Below the pieces are notes generated by a model, which worked only from the letters and a program-made list of their open reading frames with translations, made no database searches and was not told where the DNA came from. Shown here piece by piece: positions 25,952 through 29,892 of a stretch of DNA of 29,892 bases (its first letter is position 1; each line of letters opens with the position of its first letter). Source of the DNA: Candidatus Eiseniibacteriota bacterium (GTDB taxonomy: Bacteria; Eisenbacteria; RBG-16-71-46); contig JANLWX010000129.1 of NCBI GenBank assembly GCA_031364845.1, positions 1-29,892 of the forward strand, read 5' to 3'. The translations under genes were made by a program, and so were the position numbers.

Positions 25952-25978
25952 CTATCGCATTCCGCTATCCAAGGAGGC

Positions 25979-26446
25979 ATGGGAGAAGCACTCAAGCGAA
26001 GGCTCAAACAGGCGCGGTTCGAGAATCCGCAGCACGAGGCCGTCCTCAATCTGATGGTGGCGGCCGCGTATGTGCGGGCGCGGATCGAGCAGGTGTGCGC
26101 GGAACACGGCATCACCGAAGGCCAGTACAACGCGCTGCGCATCCTGCGCGGTGCCCATCCCGACGGCTACCCGCGCTGCGAGATCGCGCGGCGCATGATC
26201 GAGCGCGCACCGGATGTGACGCGGCTGATCGACCGGCTCGAGAAGCAGGCTCTGGTCGAGCGTGCGCGATCGGGCGAGGATCGCCGGCTGTCGATCACGA
26301 TCGTCACGCGCAAGGGACTTCAGATCCTCGAGCGCATGCAGCCCGCGATGAACGCCGTGCATCACGAACTCATCGAACGCATGCCCGACCGCGACGCGCG
26401 CGAACTGTCGCGCATCTGCGAGAGCATCTACGACGTGGAGGAATGA
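25979..26446 (+). CDS. MarR family transcriptional regulator
   Basis: GITEGQYNALRILRG, PDVTRLIDRLEKQALVER, DRR...TRKG; AAGGAGG SD. Confidence 0.93.
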   Translation: MGEALKRRLKQARFENPQHEAVLNLMVAAAYVRARIEQVCAEHGITEGQYNALRILRGAHPDGYPRCEIARRMIERAPDVTRLIDRLEKQALVERARSGEDRRLSITIVTRKGLQILERMQPAMNAVHHELIERMPDRDARELSRICESIYDVEE

Positions 26447-27426
26447 TGGCCGCCGAACGTATTTCCGGACTGCATCACATCACCGCGATTGCCGGTGATG
26501 CTCAGGCGAATCTCGATTTCTACGCCGGCGTGCTCGGGCTGCGGCTCGTGAAGCGCACGGTGAACTTCGACGATCCCGGCACGTACCACTTCTACTTCGG
26601 CGACGAGACCGGAAGCCCGGGCACGATCATGACGTTCTTTCCGTGGGCAGGGGTCCCGCGCGGAACGGTCGGCGCGGGGCAGGTGACGGCGACCGCGTTT
26701 TCGATTCCGGCGACGGCGCTCGACTTCTGGAAGCGACGCCTCGCGGAGCATGACGTCGAGTTCCGGGAGCTGCAGCGCTTCGGCGAAGACGTGCTCGCGA
26801 TCGAGGATCCAGATGGTCTCAAGCTCGAACTGATCGCGGTGCCGCTCGATCCGCGGGGTGCCGCCGCGCCCCGCGATCTGGCACCGCCGTGGGGCGGAGG
26901 TCCGGTGCCTGCCGAACGTTCCCTGCGCGGTTTTCACTCCGCGACGCTCACGCCGGCGGGTCCGCTTGCGCGCACCCTCGCGGTGCTCGAAGGCCTGATG
27001 GGTTTCGAGCGCGTCGGCGAAGAACCCGGGCGCACGCGGCTGCGCGGCGCGGGACCGGGTCCGGGAACTCTGGTGGATATCGTCGACGCGCCGGGCGCAA
27101 CTCCGGGGCGCCTGGGCGCGGGCACCGTGCATCATGTTGCGTGGCGCGCGGCGGACGATGCCGCACAGCTCGCGTGGCGCGCGCGGCTCGAAGCCGGCGG
27201 TCTGAGGCCGACCGACGTGCTCGATCGCCAGTACTTCCATTCGATCTACTTCCGCGAACCGGGTCACATTCTGTTCGAGGTTGCGACCGACGCCCCCGGA
27301 TTCGGATGGGACGAGTCCGCCGACACGCTGGGCAACGCACTCAAACTTCCACCGTGGCTCGAGCCCGAGCGCGCGGCGATCGAACGCGCGCTTCCGCCGC
27401 TGCAATTGCCCGGGGTGCGGCGATGA
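26443..27426 (+). CDS. Ring-cleaving dioxygenase / VOC-glyoxalase family (MhqA/MhqE/MhqO-like)
   Basis: GLHHITAIAG, LVKRTVNFDDPGTYHFYFG, MTFFPW, GTVHHVAWR, DRQYFHSIYFREPGHILFEVATDAPGF; ATGA overlap with the MarR stop. Confidence 0.93.
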   Translation: MMAAERISGLHHITAIAGDAQANLDFYAGVLGLRLVKRTVNFDDPGTYHFYFGDETGSPGTIMTFFPWAGVPRGTVGAGQVTATAFSIPATALDFWKRRLAEHDVEFRELQRFGEDVLAIEDPDGLKLELIAVPLDPRGAAAPRDLAPPWGGGPVPAERSLRGFHSATLTPAGPLARTLAVLEGLMGFERVGEEPGRTRLRGAGPGPGTLVDIVDAPGATPGRLGAGTVHHVAWRAADDAAQLAWRARLEAGGLRPTDVLDRQYFHSIYFREPGHILFEVATDAPGFGWDESADTLGNALKLPPWLEPERAAIERALPPLQLPGVRR

Positions 27427-28046
27427 GCACGACGGAATCTTCGCTCGCGTTCATCCACCGCTACGTGCCCGCGACCGCGGGCGACAAGACGACGCTGCTG
27501 CTCTTGCACGGCACCGGCGGTGATGAGAACGACCTGTTGCCGCTCGGGCCCGCGATCGCTCCGACGGCGGGGCTTCTGAGTCCGCGCGGCAAGGTGCTCG
27601 AGCACGGGATGCCGCGTTTCTTCCGCCGCCTCGCAGAGGGCGTATTCGACGTGCCCGATCTCATCGCGCGCACGCACGAACTCGCCGACTTCGTCGCCGC
27701 CGCCGCGGCGCACTACGGCTTCGACGCGAACCGTGTGGTTGCCGCCGGCTTCTCGAACGGCGCCAACATCGCCGCGAGCATGCTGCTGCTGCGGCCGGGA
27801 GTACTCGGGGGCGCGGTGCTGATGAGTCCGATGGTGCCGCTCGAACCCGAGACACCCGCCGATCTGAAGAACACTCCGGTGCTGATCGGCGCCGGCCGTC
27901 AGGATCCGATCGCGCCTCCTGCGGGCACCGAGGCACTCGCGGCGTTGCTGCGCAACTCGGGCGCCGAGGTCATGGTGCACTGGCATGCCGGCGGACACAC
28001 GATCACGCCCGATGAGGTCGCCGCCGCGCGCGACTGGATGAGGTAG
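27423..28046 (+). CDS. Phospholipase/carboxylesterase (MhqD-like alpha/beta hydrolase)
   Basis: LLLLHGTGGDENDL, SPRGKVLEHGMPRFFRRLAEGVFD, GFSNGANIA, DPI, GGH; ATGA overlap with the dioxygenase stop. Confidence 0.92.
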   Translation: MSTTESSLAFIHRYVPATAGDKTTLLLLHGTGGDENDLLPLGPAIAPTAGLLSPRGKVLEHGMPRFFRRLAEGVFDVPDLIARTHELADFVAAAAAHYGFDANRVVAAGFSNGANIAASMLLLRPGVLGGAVLMSPMVPLEPETPADLKNTPVLIGAGRQDPIAPPAGTEALAALLRNSGAEVMVHWHAGGHTITPDEVAAARDWMR

Positions 28047-28163
28047 ACGGCCACGGGCGGCCGCTGAACCGGCGCCGCGGACGTAGATCGCGGCCGAACG
28101 CTTTCAGCGAGTGACCCGACGAAGCGCCGAAGGAACATCCGCGCCGCCGCTCGAGCCGAAGCC

Positions 28164-29892
28164 CTACTTTGCGTTGGACTCCTTCGCGTCCGCGAACTCA
28201 CTCAGCCAGTTCTGCACCACCGTCGGACCCTGGGCGCCGTGCTGGCCGCCGGTGGATCGCGTGAGCAGGAACCGCTGCGCGTCGAGCGTCATTTGGAAGC
28301 CCGGAATGAGCGCGAAGGTGCCCGGCGTCGTGGGCGGGCGGGTGAAGAGCAGCGTCGGCGTCGTGAGTCCCGGTGTCGCGCCCGGGGTGACCGCGACCTC
28401 CATGATCCGATCGCCTTCCAGGTAGTACAGACGGCGTCCTGCGGCATCCCAGTGCGGAGACTGACCGCCTTCGGTCGACACCTGCCACTTGCCCTCGCAC
28501 GACGGATAGTGGGTGAGGAACACCTCCCAGCGGCCGGACTCGTTCGACGTGTAGGCCATGAGATCACCGCCCGGAGAGACACGGCCGTCGTTCACCCACG
28601 GATTTCCCTCGACCAGCACGCGCGGCGTGCCGCCGGGTGTGCTGGCGACTTCCGAGAGATTCCAGTGCGCGCCGCCTTCGAGCAGCGCGACGTAGATCAC
28701 GTGGCTGCCATCCGGTGTGTAGCGCGGCACCGCTGCGGAGAACGCGAGCGTGTCGGCGGTGCCGGTGCCGTCCGCGCGGCGGGTCACGACCCGGAAACTC
28801 TCGGCATTCGCAGCCGCCGCGCTCGAGGCGTGGTAGGCAATCCGATCGCCCGTCGGACTGAACACGGCCCCGTCCTCGGATCCCGGGGCGAACGTGAGCC
28901 GCGTGCGCGTGCCGCGGTGCGTGTCGAACCGCCACAGATCCCGATTGCCGCCGGTCAGAATGCTGCGGATCGCGCTCGATCCGTCCGGCGAGAGCGCGGG
29001 TGATTCGGAGGCGTCGGCTTCGGGGCTCCCGATGGTCCCGAGGGCCTTACCCGAGCGGTCGGCCCAGAACATCTCCGTCATTCCGCCCGCGGTCTGGTGG
29101 ATGTAGGCCAGCGATCCGTCGTTCGCGACGGTGGGATTGACGCCGAGCGGCGCCACGATGAACGGTTCGCCCGTCGCCTCGAGCCGATCGAGCGAGAACG
29201 GGAGCGCCCACACGCCGGGTGTGGTCGGTGAGCGCCGGAACAGAACGTGTCCGGTGGGAGAGTAGGACGGCGTGTAGACCGTCTGCCCGGGCAGTTCGAG
29301 GAGCACCTTGCGGCCGCGCTCCGTCCACAGGCAGAGCGCGCTGATGCCGCCGGTCTTGCGATGCGACGCGAACAGAATGCCGCGGTCGCCCGGCAACGCC
29401 CACGGTTCGTGGAAGTCCGTCTCGGACGTGTCGGGACGCAGCAGCGAATGCGGATCGCCGCCTTTGGCCGCGACCACCATGAGCCCGGCCGTGTCACCGC
29501 GCGAGTAGACGATGGTTCCGTCCTCGCGCCACGTGGCCCCCCAGCCGCCCGAAGAGATGCTGCCGCGCGTATCGCACACGAGCTGATTCTCGGCACCGCC
29601 AAGCGCCGTGCGGAAGATGCGCGTGCCCGCGAGATAGCCGATGTGCTTCGCGTCGGGTGCCCAGAACAACCGCGACGCGTTGGCCTCGATCGGGAACTTC
29701 CGTGGATCGAGTTCACCCAGCGCCTGGATCCAGAGACTGCCCGCCATGAGATAGGCGACCGAGCGTCCGTCGGGAGCGATCGAAGGGTACGCGGGCGCTC
29801 CGTCGGCCGCGGGAAGCGCGAGGCGGAACTTCGTAAGCGGCGCAGCGGACGGTGTGTGCGTCGCACGGCCTGCGATCATCGCCGCGAAGATC
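28164..29892 (-). CDS. C-terminal TolB/PD40 beta-propeller region of a probable membrane Ser/Thr protein kinase; N-terminus outside the window
   Basis: Frame is open to the right edge and begins with a hydrophobic stretch (IFAAMIAG). Repeated SPDG/SPTG/TPDG blades; AYTSNESGRWEV, GKWQVSTEGG, terminal VVQNW, typical of kinase-propeller fusions. The kinase domain itself is not visible. Confidence 0.75.
   Translation of the reverse strand, partial: IFAAMIAGRATHTPSAAPLTKFRLALPAADGAPAYPSIAPDGRSVAYLMAGSLWIQALGELDPRKFPIEANASRLFWAPDAKHIGYLAGTRIFRTALGGAENQLVCDTRGSISSGGWGATWREDGTIVYSRGDTAGLMVVAAKGGDPHSLLRPDTSETDFHEPWALPGDRGILFASHRKTGGISALCLWTERGRKVLLELPGQTVYTPSYSPTGHVLFRRSPTTPGVWALPFSLDRLEATGEPFIVAPLGVNPTVANDGSLAYIHQTAGGMTEMFWADRSGKALGTIGSPEADASESPALSPDGSSAIRSILTGGNRDLWRFDTHRGTRTRLTFAPGSEDGAVFSPTGDRIAYHASSAAAANAESFRVVTRRADGTGTADTLAFSAAVPRYTPDGSHVIYVALLEGGAHWNLSEVASTPGGTPRVLVEGNPWVNDGRVSPGGDLMAYTSNESGRWEVFLTHYPSCEGKWQVSTEGGQSPHWDAAGRRLYYLEGDRIMEVAVTPGATPGLTTPTLLFTRPPTTPGTFALIPGFQMTLDAQRFLLTRSTGGQHGAQGPTVVQNWLSEFADAKESNAK

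Noticed and set aside
28047..28163. Imperfect stem-loop between the convergent esterase and propeller genes
   Set aside because: Pairing is interrupted and there is no U-tract, so it cannot be supported as a terminator.

Overview
High-GC bacterial chromosomal window with 23 protein-coding genes, two of them truncated at the window edges. I found no rRNA, tRNA, CRISPR array or mobile element. Main content: (1) a BlaI-family repressor plus a BlaR1/M56 peptidase whose sensor is HEAT repeats rather than a penicillin-binding domain, preceded by two tandem 18-bp palindromic operators; (2) three dispersed futalosine-pathway menaquinone genes (mqnE, mqnA, mqnC); (3) predicted exported hydrolases (M49-like, alpha/beta hydrolase, M13); (4) three large exported proteins sharing a C-terminal FlgD-Ig/T9SS-CTD-like domain; (5) a Dch-like enoyl-CoA hydratase translationally coupled to treZ; (6) a DASS transporter and a MarR-dioxygenase-esterase (mhqRED-like) operon with a perfect palindromic operator candidate; (7) the C-terminal beta-propeller part of a probable membrane Ser/Thr kinase. 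The gene mix suggests an FCB-group lineage such as Ca. Eisenbacteria, which is inference only. All family calls come from motif recognition, not database searches.
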